64,000 nucleotides of DNA, from the IMG/VR virus record IMGVR_UViG_3300037963_002171, positions 1,986 to 65,985 of that record; one strand, given 5' to 3'. Numbering within the stretch: the first letter of the stretch is position 1; every line of letters begins with the position of its first letter. Source of the stretch: a virus. Its lineage: Duplodnaviria; Caudoviricetes. A program made the position numbers and the translations under genes. Below the pieces are notes generated by a model that saw only the letters and a program-made list of their open reading frames with translations, was not told where the DNA came from and ran no database searches. Shown here piece after piece: positions 27,738 to 37,838 of this stretch.

Positions 27738-29183
27738 TTACGAATTAGATAATATACCACAAGATAATGGATTTCTAAGAATAATACCAGATTCTGAAAG
27801 AATTTGACATTCAAAGAAGTCATCACCATTAGCAGCCATCATTGAGTTATAGTCGTAAGGATTAACCATACCAGGTACGTATTTTTTAACAAAACTTCTG
27901 TTAAAACCTTCAGCACCTTTAGCTATTAACTCTACATTACTAACTCCATTTTGCATACCCATGTCTACAAATACCATTTTACCTGATTCATTTGAAGTAT
28001 CAAATGTAGATGAAATAGAGTTGTGTAGATTGTCATCATCAAACACTGGGCAATATGCTAATATCATTTTGTTACCAAGAATATTATACTCAGTAAAGTT
28101 AGCACCTAACGCAACATCAGCTCCGCCTTTACCAGCAAATACTGGAGTACCAGAACCTAAAGTAACTAATAAGTCTTTCATAGCTCTGTGGAAGTCAATT
28201 CTTCCTTGTGTTCCTGTAAATACTGTCCAAACATTTCCTTCAGCATTTAATGCATTTTTAGAAAGTGTACCGATAAAGTTAACGATATCCTCTTCTGTTA
28301 ATGCACCAGCAGTATAAGTAGCTTGGTTAGCACCATCAATCTGAGCTAATAGACCATCACCCATAATTGGAAGACCTGAAGTAGCAGTACCTCGGTCACC
28401 TGGGAAGTCAGCAGCTCCTGTAGTAGCTGTAGTAAGAGTAGTTAAAGAATGCTTACCATACCATCTTTGACACTCTAGCTCATACATAAACTGGTCAGTC
28501 ATTTGTTGCTCTTTTGTAAAATACCATAATCGGTGTCCATTAGACTCAATCCAAGTAACATCAGTTAAGTCAGAACCCATAATTTTTGTTTTTTTACGAG
28601 ATAGAGTTAACCAGTTCTTGTAAGTATCTGGGTAAGCATAGTTTTGTCCTACCTCAGAAGCTAACGAACCTTGATTAAACGCACTACCAATACAACCTAC
28701 AACATCTCCAGCAACTGAATTAGTTGCAGTATCTGTCATTGCATCAATAGCTCTTAATGTAATAGTATTAGTTGCATCAGAAGATGTTACTGTTGGAACA
28801 CTTGTTACCATTGCAGTTGCACCATCTTTGAATCGCACTATGTCATTTACGTTTAGATTATCACCATAAAAAGCGCTTCCTGTTCCTTGGTGTTTTACAA
28901 CCATTGATACAGTATCTCCCGCATTATAAGTTGCGTTAGTGATAGATGCGTTCAATACAGCTGGTTTTCTGTATCGTCCCATCATTTTCCATTCAAAAGC
29001 GTAGTCGCCTATAATTTTTTCTGCAGCATTACGACCTGCAGCTTCTAACAAATATGTTAGAGAGAAACGTGGATATTGTGAGATAATTTTTTTTCCTATC
29101 TCTGGATACTTTAATAAATTGGTTACCAACGCCGTTTCATCCGTTGTGTCTTTTCCATATGTACCCGTATATACATTTGCCAT
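27738..29183 (-). CDS. Major capsid protein (crAss-like)
   Basis: 481 aa; YAFEWKMMG, NWLTLSRK, GDGLLAQI and VFTGTQG motifs; follows portal and scaffold-like genes. Confidence 0.85.
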   Translation of the reverse strand: MANVYTGTYGKDTTDETALVTNLLKYPEIGKKIISQYPRFSLTYLLEAAGRNAAEKIIGDYAFEWKMMGRYRKPAVLNASITNATYNAGDTVSMVVKHQGTGSAFYGDNLNVNDIVRFKDGATAMVTSVPTVTSSDATNTITLRAIDAMTDTATNSVAGDVVGCIGSAFNQGSLASEVGQNYAYPDTYKNWLTLSRKKTKIMGSDLTDVTWIESNGHRLWYFTKEQQMTDQFMYELECQRWYGKHSLTTLTTATTGAADFPGDRGTATSGLPIMGDGLLAQIDGANQATYTAGALTEEDIVNFIGTLSKNALNAEGNVWTVFTGTQGRIDFHRAMKDLLVTLGSGTPVFAGKGGADVALGANFTEYNILGNKMILAYCPVFDDDNLHNSISSTFDTSNESGKMVFVDMGMQNGVSNVELIAKGAEGFNRSFVKKYVPGMVNPYDYNSMMAANGDDFFECQILSESGIILRNPLSCGILSNS

Positions 29184-29256
29184 TTTTAAATAATTTTAAT
29201 TGTTATAAATAAATTAATACACAATAACAAATAAAATAGCGTTGCCTTTTTATTTA

Positions 29257-30279
29257 TTACTTCATAAATTCGACAGGGTCAAAACCATTTTTCATTTTAG
29301 TTTCAACATGTCTACTTTTTCGGCTTAAGTTAGGATTTGTAATTTTATCAATCACGGAGGCTTTGCCTCTTTCCACACCTTGGCCAGATAACATCTTAAA
29401 GATTTTGTCTTTATATTTCCATAAGAAAGCAGCATCTGCTACATTGGCAGCGCTTCCATATAGTTCTTTAGAAAAATCACCAGATGTTATATAATTATAT
29501 AGTTCCCTTTTTTCTGTTTTTCCAACTTTACCACCAAAAAAATCTTCTTTAGTTTTTATATATGTTTGTAAAGCTTTTCTGTTTTCTATATTTTGTTTTT
29601 CAGTTTCTTTCTGTAACCTTTCCTCTTCTTGCTTTATTGTTTTTCTTTCGTTAGCAATATAGTTTTGAAGATTCTTTCTAATTAGTAAAGCTTCTTTTTT
29701 CAAAAGACCTGAATCATGCATTCTATCTACAGTATCTTTTATTTCTTCTTTTTCTAAACCTGAAGCTTCTAAGTCAGAAGCAACTAATTGTGCGTCATTC
29801 ATTTTAAGAAATGCCTGTAAATTTTGTATAGTATCATTAACAGGAGATGGTTCACTTATAGCCTTTTTAACAGCTTCTTTAAAAGTTTTTTCATCTTTAG
29901 CCTCTACACCTATTTCAGATGCTAGAGTTTGCCAATCATACACTTCCTCTTTTACATTTTCACTCTTTTTAGTTTCTTCTTTAGAAACAGGTGTTGAGTC
30001 CCAATCTTCATCCTCTTCAATTTTAGATTCTTGTTTTTCTTCTGAATCTAATTCTACCTTATCCCAAGAGAATGAATCATCATCAGATTCTTCTTCATTG
30101 GTAGTTTCTTCTTGTTCCTCAACCTCTTCTTTTTGAGGCTCTTCTTTACTATTAGTTTCTTCTCCAACAAAAGCCTTAGGGTCAAATGCTGGAGTAGTTT
30201 CTGTTTGTTCTTTAGTTTCTACAGTTTCCTGCTCAACTTTGTCTATTAGGTCTTCACCTGATGTTTGTTCTTTGCTCAT
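29257..30279 (-). CDS. Acidic scaffold-like protein (crAss gene 77-like)
   Basis: Very Glu/Asp-rich N-terminus and coiled coil; between portal and major capsid genes. Confidence 0.65.
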   Translation of the reverse strand: MSKEQTSGEDLIDKVEQETVETKEQTETTPAFDPKAFVGEETNSKEEPQKEEVEEQEETTNEEESDDDSFSWDKVELDSEEKQESKIEEDEDWDSTPVSKEETKKSENVKEEVYDWQTLASEIGVEAKDEKTFKEAVKKAISEPSPVNDTIQNLQAFLKMNDAQLVASDLEASGLEKEEIKDTVDRMHDSGLLKKEALLIRKNLQNYIANERKTIKQEEERLQKETEKQNIENRKALQTYIKTKEDFFGGKVGKTEKRELYNYITSGDFSKELYGSAANVADAAFLWKYKDKIFKMLSGQGVERGKASVIDKITNPNLSRKSRHVETKMKNGFDPVEFMK

Positions 30280-30307
30280 AATTTAAAATTTTGCTCTTTG
30301 CTTTGTA

Positions 30308-30315
30308 CAAAGATA
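30308..30315 (-). promoter_or_regulatory. Bacteroidota -7 promoter element (TATCTTTG)
   Basis: Matches TAnnTTTG; intergenic, upstream of the scaffold/capsid operon. Confidence 0.65.
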
Positions 30316-30319
30316 GTTA

Positions 30320-32605
30320 TTATTTTTTACTTACTTTTTTAACCTCTTTTTCGCTTTTATTTTTCTTTTCTGTTTCTTTAGAATGTTTTAATTTTTCAGT
30401 TTCTATTTTATCTTTTAAACCAGATTGCATAGCTTCTTTTTGCAATGTAGCTTTTATTTTATCACTACTAACATTAGCTTCCAAGTCTGCTTGTAAGTTA
30501 GCAATTTCTACTTTAGCTTTTCCAGCTTCTATAGCTGCATTTACTTTTCCTTGGTTTTCTAATTCTTTAAGATTAAGCTCATGTTGTCTTTGTGCATCAG
30601 CCTGTTGAGCTTGCGCTTGTAATTGTTGCTGTTGCATTTCTTGTGCTTGTTGAGATTGTTCTTGTATTTCTTTAATACCATGTTCTAAAATATGTTCAGC
30701 TTCTGTAAGAGTTTCTGCTTTTAATATTTTAATTACACTTAGAAGGTCTATACTACCACTTTGAAGAGCTGCTTGTGATAATTGCGTTACAGCTTGTTTT
30801 ACTGCATCTTCTTTACCACCCTCACTAATATATATACCATAATCATTTAAAGATACATCAGGAAATACTGTTAACATTTTATATCCACCATCTCCCAATA
30901 TATATCCAGCTTTTTTTCCTCCTGCCCAAGATATTTTCATAAGATTGCAAACTTTTTCTATTGCTCTTTTCTTTACTTCTGAATGTTGGAAAAACCAATT
31001 TTCTGTTACAAGGTTAGATTGTACAACTGTTCTTTGCACATTACCAACTGCTTCATATTGAGAAACAGCACCTTCTCTTTGTGGGGATATACCACACACT
31101 TGTCCAGCTGTTTGTTCCAACATTAATTTTAAATTAATTAATTGTTGTACAGAATTAGATAATGTAAAGTCCACTTGTTGAAATTGATTAAATCTAGCAG
31201 TATCAGCTCCTTCATCTCTAGAATTAATAGGTATTATACCATCATTCTTAATGTGATAAAGAACTGTTTGCATATCCATACCTATATTTGACGGCATTTG
31301 TGAAACGTCATAAACAACAGCTTTTCCTCCAGCTCTAGATAATGTTAACTCTATATGATACATAACCACATTGTATAACATTTGAATATGTTTAAGAACA
31401 TCCACTATACTTGTCACTCTACCTGAAGATAGATTATGAACACATCCTGTGTAAGATAAATCAGTTTTTCCAGCATCATCTACAGAACGAACCTGATTAG
31501 GTCTTCTTCTGCAGTTTACTAATATTTGACCACCTATTTTTGTACCCTCCCAAATATCATCTACATATTTAGTTTCTACAATTTCACCTTTTCTTGGTTT
31601 GTAGTTGTCTGCTACTATTTTTCTAAAAGGGTTGCTTTCATCATATTTATTAGGAGAAACTTTTACTTTTATTGCTCTAATAGATTTCCATTCTCCATGA
31701 ATTAATCTAACCTTTATACCTGTAGAAGTATCGTATTGAACCCAATCTAAATTAGAATTATAATGAGCTAATTCGTCACCAGACGACACATGTCTCATCT
31801 TTTCTAACTCCATAACATCCTCTTTTGTTAGCTCATCTCCATACTCATCTAATATCTCATTAATACCTAACCATCTTTGTTCTACCACCCATTGAGCATT
31901 GTCTAAGTAATCACTTTCTATAGACATATCAAAAGCTATATTTCTTGGGTCTATTCTTCTTATTTGTGGGTCTCCATTTAATATATCTACTTTATAAAAA
32001 ACTTTACCTGTTACAAGAAAATCTCTAAAACCCCCTCTAAATAAATCTTTCCAACTATATCTTTCTTTTAAATAATGCAATCCATCCTCTACAGCTTCTT
32101 CTACAGCCTCTTTATAAGTGTATCGCATAAACTCTTCTATATTATCTGGTATTTCCATTCCTGTTAAGTTTTCTGCAACATCCATACCCATACTTTGATT
32201 TATTTCTTTTTTTACATCAGAAAGTATAGATTCAGCTATAAGTGATATTTTAACATCTTCTTTTCTTTGGACAGCATCTTTATTTACAGAACTCACTTTG
32301 GTTTCTAGTGGTCTACGTAATTCTTCGCTAGTAAGAAGGTCTATTTTAGGAGCTATTATATTAAAGTTAGTCATACGAGCAGGAAATGGTGTTCCGTACT
32401 GGTCAGTAACGTGCTCATAATCTTTTGGGTCAAAATGACCATGATATGCTTGATAATTTCTTATATCTTTATATCTATCATTAATATAAAGACTATTGTT
32501 GTGTTGTGCAATGTATGGAGCCATAGCGTCCAAATTTTGTTCACACCAATTTTTATCTTTCTCCTTATCTGTAAGAAGTTGTCTAGGAAAACTAGTATAC
32601 GGCAT
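30320..32605 (-). CDS. Portal protein (crAss-like)
   Basis: 761 aa; FPRQ...KDKNW, NFNIIAPKIDLL, WEGTKIG, GISPQREG and Q-rich C-terminal barrel. Confidence 0.88.
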   Translation of the reverse strand: MPYTSFPRQLLTDKEKDKNWCEQNLDAMAPYIAQHNNSLYINDRYKDIRNYQAYHGHFDPKDYEHVTDQYGTPFPARMTNFNIIAPKIDLLTSEELRRPLETKVSSVNKDAVQRKEDVKISLIAESILSDVKKEINQSMGMDVAENLTGMEIPDNIEEFMRYTYKEAVEEAVEDGLHYLKERYSWKDLFRGGFRDFLVTGKVFYKVDILNGDPQIRRIDPRNIAFDMSIESDYLDNAQWVVEQRWLGINEILDEYGDELTKEDVMELEKMRHVSSGDELAHYNSNLDWVQYDTSTGIKVRLIHGEWKSIRAIKVKVSPNKYDESNPFRKIVADNYKPRKGEIVETKYVDDIWEGTKIGGQILVNCRRRPNQVRSVDDAGKTDLSYTGCVHNLSSGRVTSIVDVLKHIQMLYNVVMYHIELTLSRAGGKAVVYDVSQMPSNIGMDMQTVLYHIKNDGIIPINSRDEGADTARFNQFQQVDFTLSNSVQQLINLKLMLEQTAGQVCGISPQREGAVSQYEAVGNVQRTVVQSNLVTENWFFQHSEVKKRAIEKVCNLMKISWAGGKKAGYILGDGGYKMLTVFPDVSLNDYGIYISEGGKEDAVKQAVTQLSQAALQSGSIDLLSVIKILKAETLTEAEHILEHGIKEIQEQSQQAQEMQQQQLQAQAQQADAQRQHELNLKELENQGKVNAAIEAGKAKVEIANLQADLEANVSSDKIKATLQKEAMQSGLKDKIETEKLKHSKETEKKNKSEKEVKKVSKK

Positions 32606-32607
32606 AA

Positions 32608-34428
32608 TTAATCATCTTTATAAGGAACTAATCTATTTCCATCTTTTTTGAAATAAACAAATCCTAACTTTTTACCCTGTTCACTTTTTTCTCTTGCTTG
32701 TATTTGAAATATATCAATATTATGTATAAGACATAGTCCAAATGATATAGCCCTATCGGTATTTCTAGTTCCATAATCAGCAAGTTCGTTTAATAAATCT
32801 ATGAACCATATATCATCAACATTAGTTTTAATATAATCGTCCATGTACTGCTCCATTACAGATTTTGTTTGTTTATTCATCTGTAACCCATATCTGTTCC
32901 TAGTTAATGTACCAGGAGCATGTGCAGTTTTTGGTTTTTCTTTAAGATATTTTAAAGCATTTTTTCTTTTAAAATAATCTATAATACCAATTTTAGTATA
33001 CTCTACAAGCATCTTTGCATTGTAGTATATTGCTAATTTTAAACATCCGTCCCAAAACTCTTCTGCTGTTTTAGGTCTTTCTGTGTAATCTGCTACTATA
33101 TAATCGCTAGGTATGTCTGGTGAAACAAATCTTCTATATATAAGAGCACTTCCTAAAGACGTAGAAGCTTCAGCTCTATCTTGGTCATAAGAGTCAATAC
33201 CTCCTATATCTAAACCATCATATTCTTCATTTGGATGTTCTAAGATTAAATAAGGCCCATTTATATCAGCCACCCATTCTACCGCATCTGTAAATCCATC
33301 TTCATCATCAAACACCCATTCTATTCTACCTCTTTGAATTTGATTCTGCAATCTACTTTTAGCCATTATCCTACCCCTTTGTGCATTAATTAAAGATAAG
33401 TCAAATCTACTTCCTTTAGTCTTTAAGAAAGCCTCTTCTACTGTAAGGGGGTAGTTTTGTATGTGTAGATTGTAAGCCTTACTACTATCTCTTCCTTCTA
33501 GTTTTGTTCTTTCTTCTATTAAAGCTTTTCTTGCACCTTTTTCATCACTCACTCCTGTTTTTAAATCAAAAAAACCATGATAACAAACAGAAGCTGGAAT
33601 AAACATAGGTATAAGGTTAAATGAATCAGCATTGTAATACATTTCCATAAAATCCTTAGAAGATGTTTCTATGTCACCACCCGTTCCTCCAATAACAGGA
33701 ACACCAAATTGAATGTTACCATCCATAAAACAGGCTTTAGAAGACATATAAGCATTAAGTAATTCTTTAAACTCACCAGCCTCTTCAAAAATCATCACAC
33801 TTAAACGTTCACCTTTAAACACTTCGGGATTGGACATTGTTCTGCAATGTATAGCAGATTGATATCCACTTATTTGCCATTTACCATCTTTAGTTTTTTG
33901 TTTATATCCACTTCTAATAATATCAGACGTGTCTTTTAAAACAGAATGCCTAAGATTAATGTGTTGGCCATTTAATCCTTTTTTCACTTTGTCAAAGAAC
34001 GAATCAGCAGTCACTTGTAATCCTGCTGCTATTCCCACTTCATTATATGGATAAAATGTATATTCATGTCCACATAATGCTGAATTCATATAACTAAAGC
34101 CTTTATCTCTGGCTTTAATAACAATCATTCCCTTTTCCTCTTTTTTACATTCTTCAAATAAATCAAAATATAATTTATCTAAATCCCTGTACCAGGGTGA
34201 TATAAGAGTTTTTCTATTTCCATCTTCACCACTATTACCTAATATCTTATAAAAATTAAGGTAATAATAATGTTTCCCAGTAATACGGTTCATGCCCTTT
34301 GGCTTGTATCCGTATTTGCATCTATGTATCTGCTCTTCCCAAAACTCTTGGTAAGATACAGATTCATGGTCTAATTCAGGTATACCTTCGTAGACTATGG
34401 GTGCGTATTTTTCAATCTTTTTGCTCAT
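32608..34428 (-). CDS. Terminase large subunit
   Basis: ITGKHYYYLNF, KARDKGFS (Walker A-like), MIFEEAG (Walker B), GGTGG and GIDSYD nuclease motif. Confidence 0.92.
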   Translation of the reverse strand: MSKKIEKYAPIVYEGIPELDHESVSYQEFWEEQIHRCKYGYKPKGMNRITGKHYYYLNFYKILGNSGEDGNRKTLISPWYRDLDKLYFDLFEECKKEEKGMIVIKARDKGFSYMNSALCGHEYTFYPYNEVGIAAGLQVTADSFFDKVKKGLNGQHINLRHSVLKDTSDIIRSGYKQKTKDGKWQISGYQSAIHCRTMSNPEVFKGERLSVMIFEEAGEFKELLNAYMSSKACFMDGNIQFGVPVIGGTGGDIETSSKDFMEMYYNADSFNLIPMFIPASVCYHGFFDLKTGVSDEKGARKALIEERTKLEGRDSSKAYNLHIQNYPLTVEEAFLKTKGSRFDLSLINAQRGRIMAKSRLQNQIQRGRIEWVFDDEDGFTDAVEWVADINGPYLILEHPNEEYDGLDIGGIDSYDQDRAEASTSLGSALIYRRFVSPDIPSDYIVADYTERPKTAEEFWDGCLKLAIYYNAKMLVEYTKIGIIDYFKRKNALKYLKEKPKTAHAPGTLTRNRYGLQMNKQTKSVMEQYMDDYIKTNVDDIWFIDLLNELADYGTRNTDRAISFGLCLIHNIDIFQIQAREKSEQGKKLGFVYFKKDGNRLVPYKDD

Positions 34429-34591
34429 GCTTTTTAAATGGACTTTCAGCTACTCTCACATCTGACAATTTACCACCCACTTTAAAAACCGTTTTTAACC
34501 TCTCTTGGTATTTATTATAAGCAGATTGTTCCATAAAAGTGTCACCATCTACTACAAATTTTTTGTCCCCTATTTGTATTTTTTTTGTCAT
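34412..34591 (-). CDS. Small protein (59 aa, MTKKIQIGDKK...FKVGGKL...EQKD)
   Basis: Hand-translated; ATGA overlap with the upstream gene and overlap with the terminase start. Confidence 0.5.
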   Translation of the reverse strand: MTKKIQIGDKKFVVDGDTFMEQSAYNKYQERLKTVFKVGGKLSDVRVAESPFKKHEQKD

Positions 34592-35115
34592 ATTTTATCT
34601 TTAATGCTCATTTGCTCTTCTAAATAACTCATCTTGGCCTCACCTTTTATTTTTTGCCTACTACCCCTTCTTTCTATTGCGTCTAAAAGTTTTTGCCTAG
34701 TGTTAAGAACTTTTTCAATACCTATCATTATCTTTTGCATACTTTCGGCATTGTCCTCGTTTATTCTTGTATCTCTCATTAAACGAGTGTATTCATCAAT
34801 CTTTTCATTGAACGCTACTAATTGAGCATCTAATGGGTCAAATTGAAGTTCTTTATACTTTTTAATTGCTACAGCAATTTTTTCATTCTTTATACCCTTC
34901 CATTCATACTTCCCAAATATAGCCTTGCTTACAGACTTAACTCTTTCTCTTTCTACAAAATGCCTGTAAGGGCTATCGTAATCACAAACTAAAGCCACCC
35001 ACATCATTGCTTTAATTCCTAAATCTTCTACAAGTTCTCTAAACTCATCAATGGCATATAAACCATCGTCTTCTTGTATTATTTCCCCCTTTTTGCTTAA
35101 CCCCAATAAATACAT
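34588..35115 (-). CDS. Putative terminase small subunit
   Basis: Helical 175-aa protein with DYDSPY motif just upstream of the terminase large subunit. Confidence 0.5.
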   Translation of the reverse strand: MYLLGLSKKGEIIQEDDGLYAIDEFRELVEDLGIKAMMWVALVCDYDSPYRHFVERERVKSVSKAIFGKYEWKGIKNEKIAVAIKKYKELQFDPLDAQLVAFNEKIDEYTRLMRDTRINEDNAESMQKIMIGIEKVLNTRQKLLDAIERRGSRQKIKGEAKMSYLEEQMSIKDKI

Positions 35116-35118
35116 ACA

Positions 35119-35628
35119 CTAATCACTAGTTGCATCAAGTGCTATAAATATTTCTATATCGCAAGCTGCGGTGTCTGAAGATGCTGATATATGTGTGGCA
35201 TTTACAAAACTTTCACTTGCTTCTTCATAACTATGTCCAGCGTCATCTGCAAAAAAACCAATATGGTCAAAATCTGCATCATTATTATCATCAGGAACAC
35301 CAAAAATATAACTTCTTCCAGCATCTATTTTTACATAGTAAGCATTGTTACCACTACTATCTTCTAATCCAAGTGTAATAAAATTAGTGGTATCTAAATT
35401 AGTTATTCTTAAATATCTAAGCTGGTCTCTATCTATTGTAGTATACCCAGAGCCAGAATCCCCAAAACTTATAATAGTTGCTAAATCTGACGAAGTTCCT
35501 ATAGTGGTAACAGAAAATTGTGACTTTATAATTTGAGTTATGTTGTCAATACTTTTAGCGTGCGAACAATTATATGATTGACCGTTTAAAACTATACTTT
35601 CAGTTACCCTTGTTGTTAATGTAGCCAT
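35119..35628 (-). CDS. Virion structural protein, paralog family B
   Basis: Start moved to MATLTTRVTESIVLNG; YLRITNLD and IEIFIA motifs. Confidence 0.65.
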   Translation of the reverse strand: MATLTTRVTESIVLNGQSYNCSHAKSIDNITQIIKSQFSVTTIGTSSDLATIISFGDSGSGYTTIDRDQLRYLRITNLDTTNFITLGLEDSSGNNAYYVKIDAGRSYIFGVPDDNNDADFDHIGFFADDAGHSYEEASESFVNATHISASSDTAACDIEIFIALDATSD

Positions 35629-35638
35629 ATTGTTTTTT

Positions 35639-36124
35639 TTATGCTGTAGCTTCAGTGCTTGCAATAAACACCTCCACCTTAGCAGGTGAGCGTTGTGAAT
35701 AAGCTTTTATTTCTTCTATTGTATTTAATCCTGCAGCAGTTCCCGTGTGAGCCATTTCTGCTGTAGTTATATCGTCTGAATCATCAGCAAAAATAGCTTC
35801 ATAATGCGAATATAAATAAAATGATTTTCTACCTTCTAATTCTATAGCTTGATGTGTTTCATTAGTTTCGTTAATTATGTTTAAAACTATAGGGTCTGCT
35901 CCTAAATTACTTATTCTAACATACTTTATACTTCCATTATCAAAAACACCACCAGAAATAGTGTCTGCATGAGTGGTGTATAAACTAGTTAAAGTTCCCT
36001 GTTTAAACTTATAAACTCTTGAATAAACATCAACGATATCATTAAATATCATAGTCTTAGAACTACCTTGTTGTCTTCCTTCTAAAACTATATTTTCCGT
36101 GTGAGTTACTGTTAATGTAGCCAT
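35639..36124 (-). CDS. Virion structural protein, paralog family B
   Basis: MATLTVTHTENIVLEG, YVRISNLG and VEVFIA motifs. Confidence 0.65.
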   Translation of the reverse strand: MATLTVTHTENIVLEGRQQGSSKTMIFNDIVDVYSRVYKFKQGTLTSLYTTHADTISGGVFDNGSIKYVRISNLGADPIVLNIINETNETHQAIELEGRKSFYLYSHYEAIFADDSDDITTAEMAHTGTAAGLNTIEEIKAYSQRSPAKVEVFIASTEATA

Positions 36125-36426
36125 TATTTTCTTTTTTTAATTTTAAATTTTAATTTCCATACCCCATGCTCTACATATTCATATGAATGTAAAGAGTAGT
36201 CTCCTGATTCTAAATTTACATAAGTGTCAACACCTTCTTGTATTCCACCACCTACATAATATATTTTTTTATCTAATATATCATAACCATTATTTATAAG
36301 TGTCATGGCTATGTCATCTTCCTTTTCTACTAAAGATTTAAAATCTTTAGAAAAACTACTATGAGCGTAGCAATTACCTATTGATAATTTATTAATAACA
36401 CCATAAGCAGTTTTTTCACGTATCAT
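36124..36426 (-). CDS. Hypothetical protein
   Basis: ORF in a tightly packed operon with its own TAnnTTTG element. Confidence 0.55.
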   Translation of the reverse strand: MIREKTAYGVINKLSIGNCYAHSSFSKDFKSLVEKEDDIAMTLINNGYDILDKKIYYVGGGIQEGVDTYVNLESGDYSLHSYEYVEHGVWKLKFKIKKRK

Positions 36427-36430
36427 TTGT

Positions 36431-36438
36431 CAAAGATA
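36431..36438 (-). promoter_or_regulatory. Bacteroidota -7 promoter element (TATCTTTG)
   Basis: 4 nt upstream of the ATG at 36426. Confidence 0.55.
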
Positions 36439-36461
36439 TGAAAAATTAAGGACATAATATA

Positions 36462-37109
36462 TTAACACGATATTATAGATGATAACACATTATTAACACG
36501 CAATAATCCAGAACTAATTGGATTCATTATACCATTAACAAATACCAAATCTTTTTCTGTTGGTTTTTTAATAGCTTGGTTAATATCTCTTATAACAGTA
36601 TATGCATGTTGCGATTTAACATCTAGTCTTACTTCATCTAAATATCCTGGAGTTCTTTCAAAAAATAAAGAAACCATATCTTCATTATAATTATCACTAG
36701 AACTTTTGTTTTTAGAGCTAAAAGAACTGCCACCCCTATATAAATTAGCAGGATAAGAAACCATTCCTTTTACTCTAATTATTTCAGCTCTAAAAAAACC
36801 AAATGCTTTAGTGGCATCAAAAGCTTGCACAGGTGTTGCTGCAGCCATAGTAATTCTAGTAGATATAGTTCCTGATGTTAATGTCCCTAATACAGATTTA
36901 TCATCATAATTATAATCATAAGTTTGATTTCCTTCATATGGATTTTTCCAATAAACTTTATCACCAGGCGAAACTTTTAATGTAGTAAGGTCTTTGAATC
37001 TTTCATCATCAGTGCCATAATATTGATTTACAGTGGTAGAACCCGAAGAAGTAACTTTAAGTTTTCCTAGGTTTATGGTTTCTGAAAATTTAAATATTAA
37101 GTTTTTCAT
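36462..37109 (-). CDS. Structural protein with C-terminal family-A-like domain
   Basis: SYPA...SLFFE...DEVRLDV...VIRDINQAI. Confidence 0.55.
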   Translation of the reverse strand: MKNLIFKFSETINLGKLKVTSSGSTTVNQYYGTDDERFKDLTTLKVSPGDKVYWKNPYEGNQTYDYNYDDKSVLGTLTSGTISTRITMAAATPVQAFDATKAFGFFRAEIIRVKGMVSYPANLYRGGSSFSSKNKSSSDNYNEDMVSLFFERTPGYLDEVRLDVKSQHAYTVIRDINQAIKKPTEKDLVFVNGIMNPISSGLLRVNNVLSSIISC

Positions 37110-37408
37110 TTTATTACCACTTTAGTTCCAGTAGACAGGGCAGTTACATAGTCTGACGCAAACTTTCCTGTTATATTGTTAAATTCAATCACGTTTTCTG
37201 GAGACATATTAAAAAGCTCTCCTATTGCTCTTACAGCTTTTGGTCCTTTACTTGATTCTACAGTAAAATCAAACTTATATGAGAATGGTGCTTTTTCAAA
37301 ATACACAGATATAGATGTAGAGGATACATATTTAGCCCCAACAAAAGAACTTACTGGGAATAAATAAAACTCAGACTCAGAATAAACTATCAAAACAAAC
37401 CTTTCCAT
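37106..37408 (-). CDS. Paralog family A protein
   Basis: RFVLI...FPVSSFVGAKY...VYF...AVRAIGELF, very similar to 26568-26885. Confidence 0.65.
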   Translation of the reverse strand: MERFVLIVYSESEFYLFPVSSFVGAKYVSSTSISVYFEKAPFSYKFDFTVESSKGPKAVRAIGELFNMSPENVIEFNNITGKFASDYVTALSTGTKVVIK

Positions 37409-37412
37409 TGTG

Positions 37413-37420
37413 CAAATATA
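37413..37420 (-). promoter_or_regulatory. Bacteroidota -7 promoter element (TATATTTG)
   Basis: 4 nt upstream of the ATG at 37408. Confidence 0.55.
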
Positions 37421-37456
37421 ATAAATTAAACGCGAAGCGTTTCGAAATTAGCAATA

Positions 37457-37834
37457 CTACCGCTTTCCACCAAAATAAGCTTTAGCGTGTCCTTCACTTA
37501 CTAATGCTTCATTAATATTGGTATGTATTAAACCTAATTCAGAATCTTTTTCTGTGAATAGCTCTCCAAGAATTCTTCCGTATTTTCCTTTGCCCCAGCT
37601 TTTCATTACTATTTTATTTTCTTCAACATACTCCTTTAACCTTTTTTTAGCAGCTAAACCCTTTGCTTTCTCTTCTAAGTCCCTAGTTCTGCTTTCTGGT
37701 GCATTTATACCATACATTCTTATTCTTCTTTTTATATATGTATTAAAGCCAAGGTCTATAATAACATCTACCGTGTCACCATCAACCACTCTTTTCACTT
37801 CTACGTCGTATGTATATTTTTGTAATTTTTCCAT
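37457..37834 (-). CDS. Thermonuclease (SNase/micrococcal nuclease family)
   Basis: VVDGDTVDV.IDLGF, RIRMYGINAPESR, GKYGRILG and LVSEGHA motifs; start moved to MEKLQ. Confidence 0.88.
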   Translation of the reverse strand: MEKLQKYTYDVEVKRVVDGDTVDVIIDLGFNTYIKRRIRMYGINAPESRTRDLEEKAKGLAAKKRLKEYVEENKIVMKSWGKGKYGRILGELFTEKDSELGLIHTNINEALVSEGHAKAYFGGKR

Positions 37835-37838
37835 AATA

